DNA of 36,774 nt from a bacterium (GCA_046757025.1 JBHHXN010000037.1:1-36774), one strand, 5' to 3'; counted from the stretch's first letter, positions 18,778 through 29,065 are shown. Program-made: numbers and translations. Notes: generated from the letters alone by a model not told the origin.

Positions 18778-20172
18778 TTATTTGAGCAGGATCAGGCGCT
18801 TGGTTTGCAAAGCCTGGTCGATCTTGATTTGATAAAAATACATGCCGCAGCTCACCTCCCTGCCGGATTCATCCTTACCATTCCAGATGACAGAATGCGC
18901 GCCGTCCGGCCAAATTTGATCACCTGAGATTAGCTCCTTTACCAGACCGCCACTCAAGTTGAAAACATTTAGCTTCACGGGCGTTTTCAGTAGCAAATGA
19001 AATTCGATGCGGGTTTCGGCGTTGAATGGATTGGGATAATTCTGCCGCAAAATAAGCCGGTCTGGCGGCACCCCGACGCGGGTCTCAGCAACGCCTGTTA
19101 CCTTTTCACAATCGCCATAATCAAACAAAAAATAAACTCCGCAATCCGACGCAAACACCTGCTCGGAGCTGTGCCCGACGCCGGGCAGAATCACCTGTTT
19201 GTGCTTCTCCGTGATACTGCCGCCAAATTCCTCTTGCAAATAGTGGTAGTAAACACGCCCCCTCTCCAGACGATGCTTTCCTTGCAGCATGGCGGCGCAA
19301 CTTTTGTCCAGACTCGAAGAGTTGGGATTATTGTCATCTGCACCCAGAAAATAAACCATTCTTCGCTGCGGGTACTGAGCTCGAATCCGCTCCGCGCCTA
19401 CGCGCTTCATGTACCGGTTCAGAAACTTCAAACCGTATTTATAGTCGTGATAGTTTGGACAGTCTTGTATGGTATTTTCAGACGGCACAGCAAACTGATC
19501 CAGGCGACCACCGACCCGGCGTTTTTCACTAAAATACAAATAAGAGGATGGATTCGCCACCAGGTAGGTCATCTGAATGCCAAATTCCGACATCAACACC
19601 GCTTCGGTTTGGTTCCCCGCTGCATAACGATTCACAAACTGACCGCCTGCCGAATGCCCGGCCAGCACGATATTTTGAAGATTTGGATTCAGCGAAACCA
19701 GTCTGAAGAGAATGGTGTCGATGATGGCAAAGGAGCTGATTTCGGCTGGGCGCTCATGCTCAAAAGAGGCCTGTGATTCATCGCCCTTTTTCCAGCCGCT
19801 GCTGCTCCAAAACAGCGTGTAATCGAGTAAATCGAAGGCTTCGATATCTATCTCTAAAAGAAACTGCGGCGCCAAAATGAGGGTGGTGCTGTCTGCCCGG
19901 CCGGCGCGTCGGGCTGGATTGAGAATCCGTTCGTAATAATCTCTGGCGTTGCGATTGCTGCCGTGAATGACAATGACCGCCCGTTTGATATAGTCATGTA
20001 TTTGATCCAGTGAATAGTTTCTAAAATAGGGCACCGCCAGAATGTGGCCGTCCAGATTCAGCCGGATGAGCCGCGGCGCCACCACCACCACCGGCGTCTG
20101 AGCAGAAAGCGCGCTGAACAATCCGCTCAAGACCAAGCAAACTATCGGGACTATTTTAACGAGTCGATTCAT
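18778..20172 (-). CDS. Secreted alpha/beta-hydrolase with C-terminal T9SS-type/FlgD-Ig domain
   Basis: Signal peptide from MNRLVK (ATG 20172); VIHGS, LAPQF, GHSAGGQF, ANPSSY, GVGHS; C-terminal LRQNYPNPFNAET...WNGKD...GMYFYQI. Confidence 0.85.
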   Translation of the reverse strand: MNRLVKIVPIVCLVLSGLFSALSAQTPVVVVAPRLIRLNLDGHILAVPYFRNYSLDQIHDYIKRAVIVIHGSNRNARDYYERILNPARRAGRADSTTLILAPQFLLEIDIEAFDLLDYTLFWSSSGWKKGDESQASFEHERPAEISSFAIIDTILFRLVSLNPNLQNIVLAGHSAGGQFVNRYAAGNQTEAVLMSEFGIQMTYLVANPSSYLYFSEKRRVGGRLDQFAVPSENTIQDCPNYHDYKYGLKFLNRYMKRVGAERIRAQYPQRRMVYFLGADDNNPNSSSLDKSCAAMLQGKHRLERGRVYYHYLQEEFGGSITEKHKQVILPGVGHSSEQVFASDCGVYFLFDYGDCEKVTGVAETRVGVPPDRLILRQNYPNPFNAETRIEFHLLLKTPVKLNVFNLSGGLVKELISGDQIWPDGAHSVIWNGKDESGREVSCGMYFYQIKIDQALQTKRLILLK

Positions 20173-20191
20173 CGCACTCAAATGAAAACGG

Positions 20192-21790
20192 TCATTTTTT
20201 TCCAGGACCGTAGAGCACTTTCCCCGGCAGCGCGCCGGTCCAGCCCTGTTCATCCACAACGACTTCGCCGTTTACCAGCACATAAAGTAGGCCGATGGGA
20301 AATTGATGCGGCTGCTCCCAGGTGGCGGTATCCAGGATTTTCTCTGGATCGAAAATCACCAGGTCAGCCCATGCGTCTTTCACGATGCGGCCTCTATCCG
20401 CCAGTCCAAGCCTTCTGGCTGGCAGAGAGGTCATTTTACGGATGGCCTCTTCCAGCGTAATCACTTGTTTATCACGCACGTAACGACCCAGAACCCGCGG
20501 AAAGGTACCGTAGCTGCGAGGGTGTGGTTTGGCTTTACCAAATTCGATGGTGGCGCCATCGGAGCCGTGCATGGTCAACGGATGCTGCATAATTCGCTGA
20601 ATGTCCGCTTCATCCAGACAGTGATAGATGCCTCTGCCACCGCCTTCTGCCTGCAAATCCATGAGAGTTTCGGCGGCGTTCGCCACAGTGGGTTGTTTTC
20701 CGCGCAAACGGGTTATTTCCGTGAGATTTTTCCCTTCCAGTGTGGGGTCGGGTTCAAAAGATGAAACCACGATGCTGGCGGGATCGCCGCCGCCGCGATC
20801 AAAGAGAATGTTGTCCATAATTCCCTGCTTGATCTTTTCGCGTTGAGTGCGGTCCGCTAACCGCTGGAGAATTTTTTCCTTTCCCCCTGCCAGTGACCAG
20901 GCCGGGAACACCACGGTCAGCCGGGTGCTGGTGGCGGGATACGGGTACTGATCCAGCGTCACCTCCAGACCTTCAGCCACCGCGTCATCCACCAACTGCA
21001 ATGTTTGGACGCTCTGGCCCCAGGTGGACTTCCCCACCGCCTTGTGATGCGAGATCTGAACCGGGAGGCCTGCTTGTCTACCGATGTCGATGGTTTCCTT
21101 TACCGCCTCGATCAATCCGCGGCCTTCTTCCCGCATGTGCGAAGCGTAGAACCCGCCGTTTTCAGCCACCACTTTTGCCAGAGCAATCACTTCGTCGGTT
21201 TTCGCATACGCGCCTGGAACGTATTTCAATCCCGTGGACAAACCCACAGCCCCTTCCTGCATGGCTTGCTCGGTGAGATTTATCATTTTCTGCAGCTCCT
21301 CGGCAGTGGGTTGGCGGTTTTCGGTTGCCATCACTTCTTTGCGGATGGTGTTGTGCCCCACCAGAAGCGCCAGATTCAACGCGCAGCCGGTATCCTCCAC
21401 GGCCTGCAAAAACGCTCCGATGGGAAACGGTGAGCCGCCGCAGTTGCCGCCCACTACCGTGGTGACCCCCTGCCGAATGTAGTTCTCCACGGAAGGAATC
21501 TCTAATATTTTACGCTCGGCATGGGTGTGCATATCGATGAATCCCGGCGCCACAACCTTTCCCTCTACGTCGAGGATCTTTTCTGCTCGATCGGCAGGGA
21601 GGGCGCCGATACGGGTTATTTTGCCATTTCGAATACCCAGGTCTGCTTCAAAGGCTGGCCCGCCGCTGCCGTCGATGATACGCGCATTTTTGATTATCAA
21701 ATCGAATTCAGAAGTTCGCAGTCCGCACGCAAAACTCGCTAAGAAGAAAACCATCAGCATGCAGAGATAAAATTGGAAGTTTAATTTCAT
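20192..21790 (-). CDS. N-acyl-D-amino-acid deacylase (D-aminoacylase), probable lipoprotein
   Basis: APGFIDMHTH, GGNCGGS, SHMREE, ISHHK, GSDG, HPRSYGTFPR; lipobox-like SFAC. Start taken as ATG 21790 after SD gagga. Confidence 0.92.
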   Translation of the reverse strand: MKLNFQFYLCMLMVFFLASFACGLRTSEFDLIIKNARIIDGSGGPAFEADLGIRNGKITRIGALPADRAEKILDVEGKVVAPGFIDMHTHAERKILEIPSVENYIRQGVTTVVGGNCGGSPFPIGAFLQAVEDTGCALNLALLVGHNTIRKEVMATENRQPTAEELQKMINLTEQAMQEGAVGLSTGLKYVPGAYAKTDEVIALAKVVAENGGFYASHMREEGRGLIEAVKETIDIGRQAGLPVQISHHKAVGKSTWGQSVQTLQLVDDAVAEGLEVTLDQYPYPATSTRLTVVFPAWSLAGGKEKILQRLADRTQREKIKQGIMDNILFDRGGGDPASIVVSSFEPDPTLEGKNLTEITRLRGKQPTVANAAETLMDLQAEGGGRGIYHCLDEADIQRIMQHPLTMHGSDGATIEFGKAKPHPRSYGTFPRVLGRYVRDKQVITLEEAIRKMTSLPARRLGLADRGRIVKDAWADLVIFDPEKILDTATWEQPHQFPIGLLYVLVNGEVVVDEQGWTGALPGKVLYGPGKK

Positions 21791-21851
21791 TTTGATTCCT
21801 CTCAATTAGTTTGTTAGAACTCGTTCCATCCTCCGCAACTCAGGTCAATAA

Positions 21852-22991
21852 CTACATACCATCGCCGAACAGTTTTAACAGCTCCAAACCGGGGGTCAAC
21901 AATCGGCCGCCGGAAATGTTGCAGATCATCGCTACTACCACTTTTTCATCCGGCAGCATACACAACACCGTGTTGCCGCCGACGGAGCCGCCAGTGTGAC
22001 CCACGGCTATCTTACCGTTCATTTTCCAACGTCGCCACCCCATACCGTAGTTGGTCTCTTTCCCCGAATTTGTTTTCTGCGATTTGAACAGCAGCTCCAC
22101 CGTGGACGGTTTCAGAAAGTCGCTGTTGATCACGGCGTTGCCAAAAATCACCAGATCTGTGGCCGTGGACAAATAGCCGCCGCCGGCCCATTTGTAGCTG
22201 TTATCCACGTAAGGTGCGTTTATCAATTGGCCTGCTTGGTTTTTCACATAAAAACGCGTGCGGTTGTAGATGATTTCGGCATTCAAGTCCGCCACGGTCT
22301 GAATCATGCCCAGCGGTCGGATGACGTTTTCTCGCATGTAACTTAGGAAATCCTGACCCGAAGCCCCTTCCACCACCGCGCTGATCAAATTCCAGCCGTA
22401 GCTGGAATACTGATATTTCTCACCGGGACGGTAGAGCAGGGTATCGCTGGCAAATATATTCAAACCCGCGGTCACGCTGTCAAAATGCCGGTTCATTAAA
22501 AATTCCTGTCCGCGATAGTGCCGGATGCCCGCCAGATGGCCCGCCACCAAACGTGTGGTAATGGGGTATTTTTTTTCAGGAAAAGACGGCACATATTTTT
22601 GCACAGGCGCATCGAGATCGAGCTTACCCTGCTCGTACAACAACGCCACGGCAACGGAAGTCAGTGATTTTGACACGCTGCCGATGCGCATTTTGGTGTG
22701 CGGCCAAACCGGCACGCGATTTTCCACGTCTGCGTATCCAAATCCTTCCGCCCAGATGATGCTGCCGTTTTTCAAAACCGCTGCGGTCAAGCCGGGAATT
22801 CCCAGCGTGTCGATGTGCGTTTGCAGCATTTCCCGCGCCCGGGAGATGACCTGCGAATAATCGGAATCCTGCGCTGCCACCAAATATGGCGTACCGGGTT
22901 GGGCTGCAGCGAAGTTGCCTGGAATTAAAAATAGCAGCAGTGCAAAACACCCTGCTCTAAAATAATTTTTCACATCTTTTGGTAAATTCAT
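21852..22991 (-). CDS. Exported serine hydrolase, beta-lactamase / D-peptidase family
   Basis: Signal peptide; IGSVSK (SxxK), YQYSS, AGGG and GHTGG motifs; SD aaggagg. Confidence 0.9.
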   Translation of the reverse strand: MNLPKDVKNYFRAGCFALLLFLIPGNFAAAQPGTPYLVAAQDSDYSQVISRAREMLQTHIDTLGIPGLTAAVLKNGSIIWAEGFGYADVENRVPVWPHTKMRIGSVSKSLTSVAVALLYEQGKLDLDAPVQKYVPSFPEKKYPITTRLVAGHLAGIRHYRGQEFLMNRHFDSVTAGLNIFASDTLLYRPGEKYQYSSYGWNLISAVVEGASGQDFLSYMRENVIRPLGMIQTVADLNAEIIYNRTRFYVKNQAGQLINAPYVDNSYKWAGGGYLSTATDLVIFGNAVINSDFLKPSTVELLFKSQKTNSGKETNYGMGWRRWKMNGKIAVGHTGGSVGGNTVLCMLPDEKVVVAMICNISGGRLLTPGLELLKLFGDGM

Positions 22992-23105
22992 TGCGCCTCC
23001 TTAAGATGAATCTGGGTTAGGGTTCACTTCAATTTATATGATGGCATAAATCGGTACTCTTGAATTTCAAACAAATTAAAATAAATCGCGCTACCATGAA
23101 CCATC

Positions 23106-23159
23106 CAGTGTCTGAACGAAAACGACCCTATCTTCCCGAAGACCTCCTGGCTGAGGGTA
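23106..23159. repeat. Partial copy of the MITE-like family seen at 18502-18659
   Basis: cagtgtctgaacgaaaacgaccctatcttcccgaagacctcctggctgagggt closely matches the reverse complement of 18608-18659. Confidence 0.7.
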
Positions 23160-23278
23160 AAAACACGCTAAAGCGTGAACACCCATGATTCCGAACAGTT
23201 TGACCCGTAGAAAGCACCATTCAACGCTAAATCGCTCAATTCAGGTTACAAATAAAACCGTACACAATGAACTAAACA

Positions 23279-24148
23279 TCAAAATCTAACGTTGATCAAA
23301 GACATGCGGTAAACGACTGTCGGCCTTTCACCAGCGGGCAAATCTTTTTGCAGTTGAATATCCAGGGCAGGCATGTTCAAACGCATTCCATGTTTGTTGA
23401 GATTCAACACGCCTTTGTAGGGAGTCCGGGCTGCTGCGTAGTACCCCTGTATGGCGCCGAAAGATGTCAGCAAGGGTTTACCGAAAAGAATCACCAGCCC
23501 CACCAGGCCGGCATTTTCTGTTTGCAGGCTGCCTTCAAAAGCGAGAATGCCCACGGCCGTACCGGCCAGACCGCCCAGAAAGGCTGCGCCGAAGGTGCGC
23601 CAACCGTCGTCAAACTGGCCGGCGGTTTGCACACCGGCCGCGCAAAAAAATGCCGATCCCATTCCCCACACCAGATACAGCTCCATTCTTGAAGGACCAG
23701 AACCGCCGTTGAGTCCAAAGACGAAGAGATTGGTCACCCAGCCGCCGAAAAGCGACCCGGCGTAACCTGGAAAAAGTTCTCGGCCTCTTTTGCGCTCCTT
23801 TTCGATGGTTTTGAGCATGAGTGTGGGCGTCCGCTGGCTTTCGGCCACCTTTTCTATTTGTCCCCTAATATCCTGCAAGTAGAGCCAGCTCACCGGAATG
23901 GTTTGCTGGTGCGTTTTGCCATCCTCAAACGTTTCCAACTGCAAAACAAAAGTACTGGAATCGCTTTTGTAAAAAATTGCCGACTGAAAATTTTCAACAC
24001 TTGAAAAGAGTTGATACTTTTCTCGCTCTGCTTTGTCGATTTTATCCCCAACGAGCTCATGTATTACCTGGGGTTCAGTGGTTTCTTGAGCCAGGCTGGC
24101 CGTAGCCAGAGCCAACCACAAACAGCAGCTAAATTGGAATCCTTTCAT
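23279..24148 (-). CDS. Hypothetical exported/membrane protein with Gly-rich hydrophobic helices
   Basis: Signal peptide ending SLA-Q; polar N-domain; glycine-zipper-like segments; C-terminal beta strands ending in Phe. Confidence 0.7.
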   Translation of the reverse strand: MKGFQFSCCLWLALATASLAQETTEPQVIHELVGDKIDKAEREKYQLFSSVENFQSAIFYKSDSSTFVLQLETFEDGKTHQQTIPVSWLYLQDIRGQIEKVAESQRTPTLMLKTIEKERKRGRELFPGYAGSLFGGWVTNLFVFGLNGGSGPSRMELYLVWGMGSAFFCAAGVQTAGQFDDGWRTFGAAFLGGLAGTAVGILAFEGSLQTENAGLVGLVILFGKPLLTSFGAIQGYYAAARTPYKGVLNLNKHGMRLNMPALDIQLQKDLPAGERPTVVYRMSLINVRF

Positions 24149-24324
24149 ATTATAACTCTCAGATTTTCGACCATCTTATTTCTCCTCTTCGACACCCCAT
24201 AATAAATTATTTGAACGCCAAGACTCACTGAGGTTTTTCAGATCTTTACTCTGCACCCCTGCGGTCTGGGTGAATCGCACTCATTGGCCAGAAAAATGAC
24301 GCAGCTTTCTCACAAAAACGAATC

Positions 24325-27279
24325 CTAAAAAACCGCATCCCGGCGCACGGTGAGGGTATTCTGGTAGGTGCGGCCGTTGACGGTCAATTTCACCAGATAT
24401 TCGCCGGGCGCCGCCACAGCGCCGCGTATTCGGCCCACAAAAAACCGGCGCAGGGCGCGTACGTCGCGAAAATGCTCTACCAGTTTATCCCGCACTACAT
24501 TTAACTCTTCATCGTTTCTGGCTTCCTCAAACTCTTTTTTGACAGCCTTGATCCAATCTACCTGAGTTTTCGACAGTGCGGATAATTTCAAAAGCTGGGC
24601 AAAGGCTTTGTGCATGCGACTTTTGAACCGCTGCCGTTGATTTTCTGTGGGGTCCCAGCGTAAATCCCACAGGGCGCGGTTTATCCCCACTGCCCCCGAC
24701 ACTACCAGACGCCGACTCCGGCTGACCCGAATATCGGTGATTTTCATGACCACTTCTTTTTTCGAAGTTGATTTGAGATAGTAATTGATCAAACCGCCGC
24801 TGACCAGTTTCGCGCGTACGATATTTTCTCTTTTGGGAATATACGGCGGGTTCTCGCCGGCAAAAAACTGGTGCCCGCGCACTCCGCCGCGGGTGGCGTC
24901 GGCCCAGAGGGTGATCGGACGGATGTCGAAAATATGCGCTTCTGAATTCAGTACTTCCTCGGTCAACTGCTGCAAAGGCGTGATGTCATCCAGAATCCAG
25001 ATACTGCGGCCGTGGGTGCCGGCCACGAGGTCGCCGTCGCGCGGGTGAATCACCAGATCGTGAAACGCCACCGTGGGCATGTTGTTCATCAAGCGGGCCC
25101 AGGAAGTCCCGCCGTTGAGAGAAACAAAACAAGCAAACTCAGAGCCGGTAAACAGCAGATTTTTATTCTTCAAATCTTCCCGGATCACGTATATGGGCTG
25201 ATCATCTGGAAGGTTGCTGGTAATGTTGGTCCAGGTTTGACCAAAATCGCTGGTCTTGAAAATCCAGGTGGACAAATCGTCGCTGCGGTGGCCATCGAAG
25301 GTGAGGTAACAAACGCCGGCCTCAAAATGCGAAGCTTCCACCCTGCTCACCCAAATACCCGCGGGTACTTCAGAGATATTTTCACGAACATTTTTCCAGG
25401 TCACCCCGCCATTGCGGGTGAGCTGCACGTTGCCGTCGTCGGTGCCAACCCAGAGGATAGCAGGATTAAGCGGCGATTCGGAAAACGCGGTGATGGTGCA
25501 ATGCGTTTCCGCGCCTGTCGCATCCCGGGTCAGACCGCCGCTTTCGCGGTTGGTTTTAACCGAATCGTTTGTAGATAAGTCCGGGCTGATGATCTGCCAA
25601 TGACTGCCCTCATCCACGGTTTTGAATAGAAAGTTGCCGCCTAAAAATAACGTTTTGGGATTATGATGCGACATCACCAGCGGCGAACGCCAGTTGAAAC
25701 GAAACTGTTCCGGCAGACGGCTGCTCCCCGAATCTTCCTCTTTCGAAACATAGTCCCGATAATTGATGATATTCCCAGGATTGGGTCGTGTAAATTCCAC
25801 CGCACGTGTTTGGGCGTGGTACCTTCGAAAACTGCCGTTCTCGGCTTCGGTGTAAACTTTACGCCAGTCCGTGGGGTCGATCTGGACAAACATGCCGTCT
25901 CCCCAGTGCAGTTTCCACCAGCTATCGGTGAGGATGCCGCGCACGTCTTTGCTGAAGCTGGGCCCGCCCCAGGTGCCGTTATCCTGGGTACCGCCATAAA
26001 CGTAGTACGGCTCCCGCATGTCCACTCCGATGGCGTAAAATTGCCCCACTGGTAAATTGTCAAACAAAACAAAAGTCTGGCCGTGATCGTGCGTCAGGGT
26101 CAAGCCCTTGTCTTTTCCGAGATAGTAGCGGTCTTTGTTCGTGGGGTCGAGCCACATTGCATGAAAATCCAGTCCGCCTTCAAACTCGAGTCCGCCGGTG
26201 CGAAAAGTTTTGCCGCCGTCACTCGAAAGACGAATGGTGGTGGTCAAAACATACACGCGCTGGTCATTTAGAGGATTGATGCGGATCTGGCTGTAATAAA
26301 ACGGCCGGTTGTTGTAGCGATTCACGAACTGCCAGCTTTCGCCGCCGTCTTTCGAACGGTAAATGCCGCTGCCCAATTTAGTCATATCTGCATAATCTTT
26401 TTCATATAGTTGCGGCTGATAACCGTGCTCGATGATGGCCATGATGATTTTGGGATTTTTACGGTAGATGGCCAGACCGATTCTGCCGGTAATTCCCTCT
26501 GGGAGGCCATTGGTTAACTTAGTCCAGCTCGAACCACCATCGGTTGATTTGAAAATTCCGCCGTTTGGCCCACCCGAATCGAACCGGTAGGGTTTGCGCA
26601 GCCGCTGGTAAAAAGCCACGTAGAGCGTGTTCGGGTTCGTGGGGTGCATCACCAGATCGATGGCGCCGGTTTTGCCGTCATTGGGCAATCCGCCGCTCAA
26701 TTTCGTCCAGGTTTGGCCGCCGTCGGTGGATTTGAACAGACCACGGTCTCCCGAAAAGCCCCAGAGGTAACCGATGGCTGCCACATAAACGATGTCGCGA
26801 TTCGTGGGATGGGTCACCACGCGCGCAATTTGAAAGGTGTTTTTCAATCCCATGTTTTGAAAGGTCTGCCCGCCGTCGGTGGATTTGTAGATGCCGTCAC
26901 CCCAGGCGACGCTGTTGCGGTTGTTGGGCTCGCCGGTGCCCACCCAGATGAGGTTCGGATCCGGCTGAAACAGTGCCACGTCTCCGATGGACGCGCTGCC
27001 GTAATGATCGAAAATTGGCTGCCAGGTGGTGCCGGCGTTGATGGATTTCCAGACGCCGCCGGAAGCAGAGGCCACGATGACGTGTCGAAAATCTTCGTCC
27101 AGCGCTTCCACATCTACGATGCGTCCGGAAAAATTGGCCGGCCCAATGCTGCGCCATTGCATCTCTTTAAGTAAAGCGGTTTCGGCGTTCTGCGCCCACG
27201 CCGACACACAAAAAAACACCGCACTCACCAAAAAAAGCAAGCACAAGAATAAACGCTTTTTGGCTTCCCGATTTAACAT
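24325..27279 (-). CDS. VPS10/BNR-repeat (sortilin-like) glycosyl-hydrolase-like exported protein
   Basis: WRSIGPA...SGRI, many Asp-box S-x-D-G-G-x-T/S-W repeats, GGTQDNG, GTHGRSIWILDD; ATG 27279 follows SD ggaggg. Confidence 0.9.
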   Translation of the reverse strand: MLNREAKKRLFLCLLFLVSAVFFCVSAWAQNAETALLKEMQWRSIGPANFSGRIVDVEALDEDFRHVIVASASGGVWKSINAGTTWQPIFDHYGSASIGDVALFQPDPNLIWVGTGEPNNRNSVAWGDGIYKSTDGGQTFQNMGLKNTFQIARVVTHPTNRDIVYVAAIGYLWGFSGDRGLFKSTDGGQTWTKLSGGLPNDGKTGAIDLVMHPTNPNTLYVAFYQRLRKPYRFDSGGPNGGIFKSTDGGSSWTKLTNGLPEGITGRIGLAIYRKNPKIIMAIIEHGYQPQLYEKDYADMTKLGSGIYRSKDGGESWQFVNRYNNRPFYYSQIRINPLNDQRVYVLTTTIRLSSDGGKTFRTGGLEFEGGLDFHAMWLDPTNKDRYYLGKDKGLTLTHDHGQTFVLFDNLPVGQFYAIGVDMREPYYVYGGTQDNGTWGGPSFSKDVRGILTDSWWKLHWGDGMFVQIDPTDWRKVYTEAENGSFRRYHAQTRAVEFTRPNPGNIINYRDYVSKEEDSGSSRLPEQFRFNWRSPLVMSHHNPKTLFLGGNFLFKTVDEGSHWQIISPDLSTNDSVKTNRESGGLTRDATGAETHCTITAFSESPLNPAILWVGTDDGNVQLTRNGGVTWKNVRENISEVPAGIWVSRVEASHFEAGVCYLTFDGHRSDDLSTWIFKTSDFGQTWTNITSNLPDDQPIYVIREDLKNKNLLFTGSEFACFVSLNGGTSWARLMNNMPTVAFHDLVIHPRDGDLVAGTHGRSIWILDDITPLQQLTEEVLNSEAHIFDIRPITLWADATRGGVRGHQFFAGENPPYIPKRENIVRAKLVSGGLINYYLKSTSKKEVVMKITDIRVSRSRRLVVSGAVGINRALWDLRWDPTENQRQRFKSRMHKAFAQLLKLSALSKTQVDWIKAVKKEFEEARNDEELNVVRDKLVEHFRDVRALRRFFVGRIRGAVAAPGEYLVKLTVNGRTYQNTLTVRRDAVF

Positions 27280-27391
27280 ATTCACATCCCTCCGTTTAAT
27301 GAACATAATGTCATAACATTAAAGAACCAAATGAAATCAAGCGATATTTGGTTATACCATTCATTTCGAATAAATAAACAGATGAATTATC

Positions 27392-27778
27392 ATGCGTTTC
27401 TTAACAATTTTTGCCGTTGGTAGCATCCTGATTCTCTCGGCCTGTTCAGCAGGCAATCAGGCTGCTAAAAAAAACAGATTGCGTGATCGCAACTACATTT
27501 CATCCGAAGAAATCCAAATCAGCGCGGCCGGTGACGCTTACCATCTCATTAAAAATTTGCGTCCGCACTGGTTGCGAGGACGCGGATTCAAATCCCTGCA
27601 TCATCAGGAAGCTTCTCTCCCCATGGTTTATGTGAACGAGAATCGCCATGGCGACATCCATTCGCTGTCGTCGATTTCCACAGAAAATATCCACGAAATA
27701 CGATTTTATAATGCTGGAGATGCGGCGTTCAAATTCGGTTTGAATCATGCCGGCGGCGCCATTTTGATCAAGATTTAA
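27392..27778 (+). CDS. Small lipoprotein consisting of a stand-alone TonB-receptor plug-like domain (copy 1)
   Basis: Lipobox LSAC; IS..EI, AY.LI..LRP.WL.GRG, P.VYVN, I..ENI.EI...A...FG.....GAILI, matching the plug consensus visible in the SusC of this window. Confidence 0.78.
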   Translation: MRFLTIFAVGSILILSACSAGNQAAKKNRLRDRNYISSEEIQISAAGDAYHLIKNLRPHWLRGRGFKSLHHQEASLPMVYVNENRHGDIHSLSSISTENIHEIRFYNAGDAAFKFGLNHAGGAILIKI

Positions 27779-27988
27779 CTTTCTGTCAATCTTCACATTT
27801 GAAGCGTCATACTCATTGAAAACAGCAGATTATCGCAAGCCCTAAAAATGCGGCTAATTTGATGCAAGTAAAACGATACTGCTAAAATTTGCTGCGTTTT
27901 GTAAATAATGCCGGCTTATTTCGTTGCAATTCGACAGCCACAACTTCTATTTTGTAATCGCCTATCCTTCAGTCTTCGAATTTCATAC

Positions 27989-28017
27989 ACCTTCCAGGTA
28001 TTTGAGACCTGGAAGGT
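27989..28017. repeat. Perfect 11-bp hairpin (REP-like) between the two paralogues
   Basis: accttccaggt 27989-99 / acctggaaggt 28007-17 with a 7-nt loop. Confidence 0.6.
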
Positions 28018-28089
28018 TTCCCAGAAACAAAATCTAAATTAAATCATTTAATAAGGCAAACACTTTATCAGAAAAAGGGAGGGCAAACC

Positions 28090-28479
28090 ATGCGTTTCTT
28101 GAAATATCCGGTTATTTTATCGCTACTGGTTTTTGGAGCCTGTGCCTCTACCCAAAATGGCAATTCCAACTTCACCCGCCGAAACAGAGACTCTATTTCC
28201 ACCGCAGAGATACGGGCGAACTCCGCTGCCAATGCTTATGATCTCATCCATAATTTACGCCCGCACTGGCTGCGCGGCCGGGGCACGCGATCAATCAAAA
28301 ATGAGCAAGCCTCGTTTCCGTACGTGTATGTCAACGAAAGCCGGCACGGCGATATCCAATCTCTGAGGAACCTGGCTACGGAAAACATCACAGAAATCCA
28401 GTTTCTCAACCCGGGCGACGCCACCAACCGTTTTGGGCTTGGGCATGCCAGCGGCGCCATTTTGATCACCATGTATTAG
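28090..28479 (+). CDS. Small lipoprotein, stand-alone plug-like domain (copy 2, tandem paralogue)
   Basis: SD gggagg; lipobox FGAC; shares NLRPHWLRGRG, VYVNE.RHGDI, TENI.EI and GAILI with copy 1. Confidence 0.8.
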   Translation: MRFLKYPVILSLLVFGACASTQNGNSNFTRRNRDSISTAEIRANSAANAYDLIHNLRPHWLRGRGTRSIKNEQASFPYVYVNESRHGDIQSLRNLATENITEIQFLNPGDATNRFGLGHASGAILITMY

Positions 28480-28693
28480 GCGTTTAGCGTCAAACAGCCA
28501 CAAAGTATGGTCATAATGATTCGAAAAATCACAAATAAACAATAATAATACGATGAACAAATCGCAATTTGCCATTATCAAAATCCCAAACTGACTTCGC
28601 TGTATTCTAACCGCTGGCAATCCGCATTTGGCCGCCTTTCATTATAGTATTACTTCAGAACTTTTGCATTTTTTTGCCAAGAAAAATAAAAAT

Positions 28694-28796
28694 CGAAAAC
28701 CGGAAACCGAAATTCGTCGTCTATAGATTTTGAAATAGACAAGCCAACTCTGGAATTCCTTTTTGCGAATTTCGCTTTTCGGTTTGCGGCTTTTCG
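28694..28796. repeat. Inverted arrays of degenerate 7-mers
   Basis: cgaaaac cggaaac cgaaatt cg (28694-28716) faces cgaattt cgctttt cggtttg cggcttt (28766-28793). Confidence 0.5.
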
Positions 28797-29029
28797 CTGC
28801 ATTAGGAATTAATAAAAATGAAGGCCGGAATTGGGATTTGCTTTGCGCTTTACTACGTCAGCCATTTGTTCGAACCTTGTTCCCATTTTGTACTGCGAAG
28901 AGGCCCCGATTTCAGGGTTGATAATCGTGGCCTGACAATTTATGGCAGTATTTAGATAAATTCAATTGTCCCAGCCGTTTTTTCACTCGCGAAATGCTTC
29001 CAGCCCAAATCGTCAATCACTCAAATCAT

Positions 29030-29065
29030 AAAAAAACCCTGCCTAAAAAATTAGAGGCAGGGTTT
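29030..29065 (-). terminator. Rho-independent terminator of the susC-susD operon
   Basis: Stem aaaccctgcct 29034-44 / aggcagggttt 29055-65 with a U-run on the minus strand, 50 nt past the susD stop. Confidence 0.8.

Noticed and set aside
15858..19776. Long antisense ORFs (e.g. 15858-16625, 18997-19776; likewise 29281-29976)
   Set aside because: They are shadows of well-supported genes on the opposite strand, with no motifs or SD sites.
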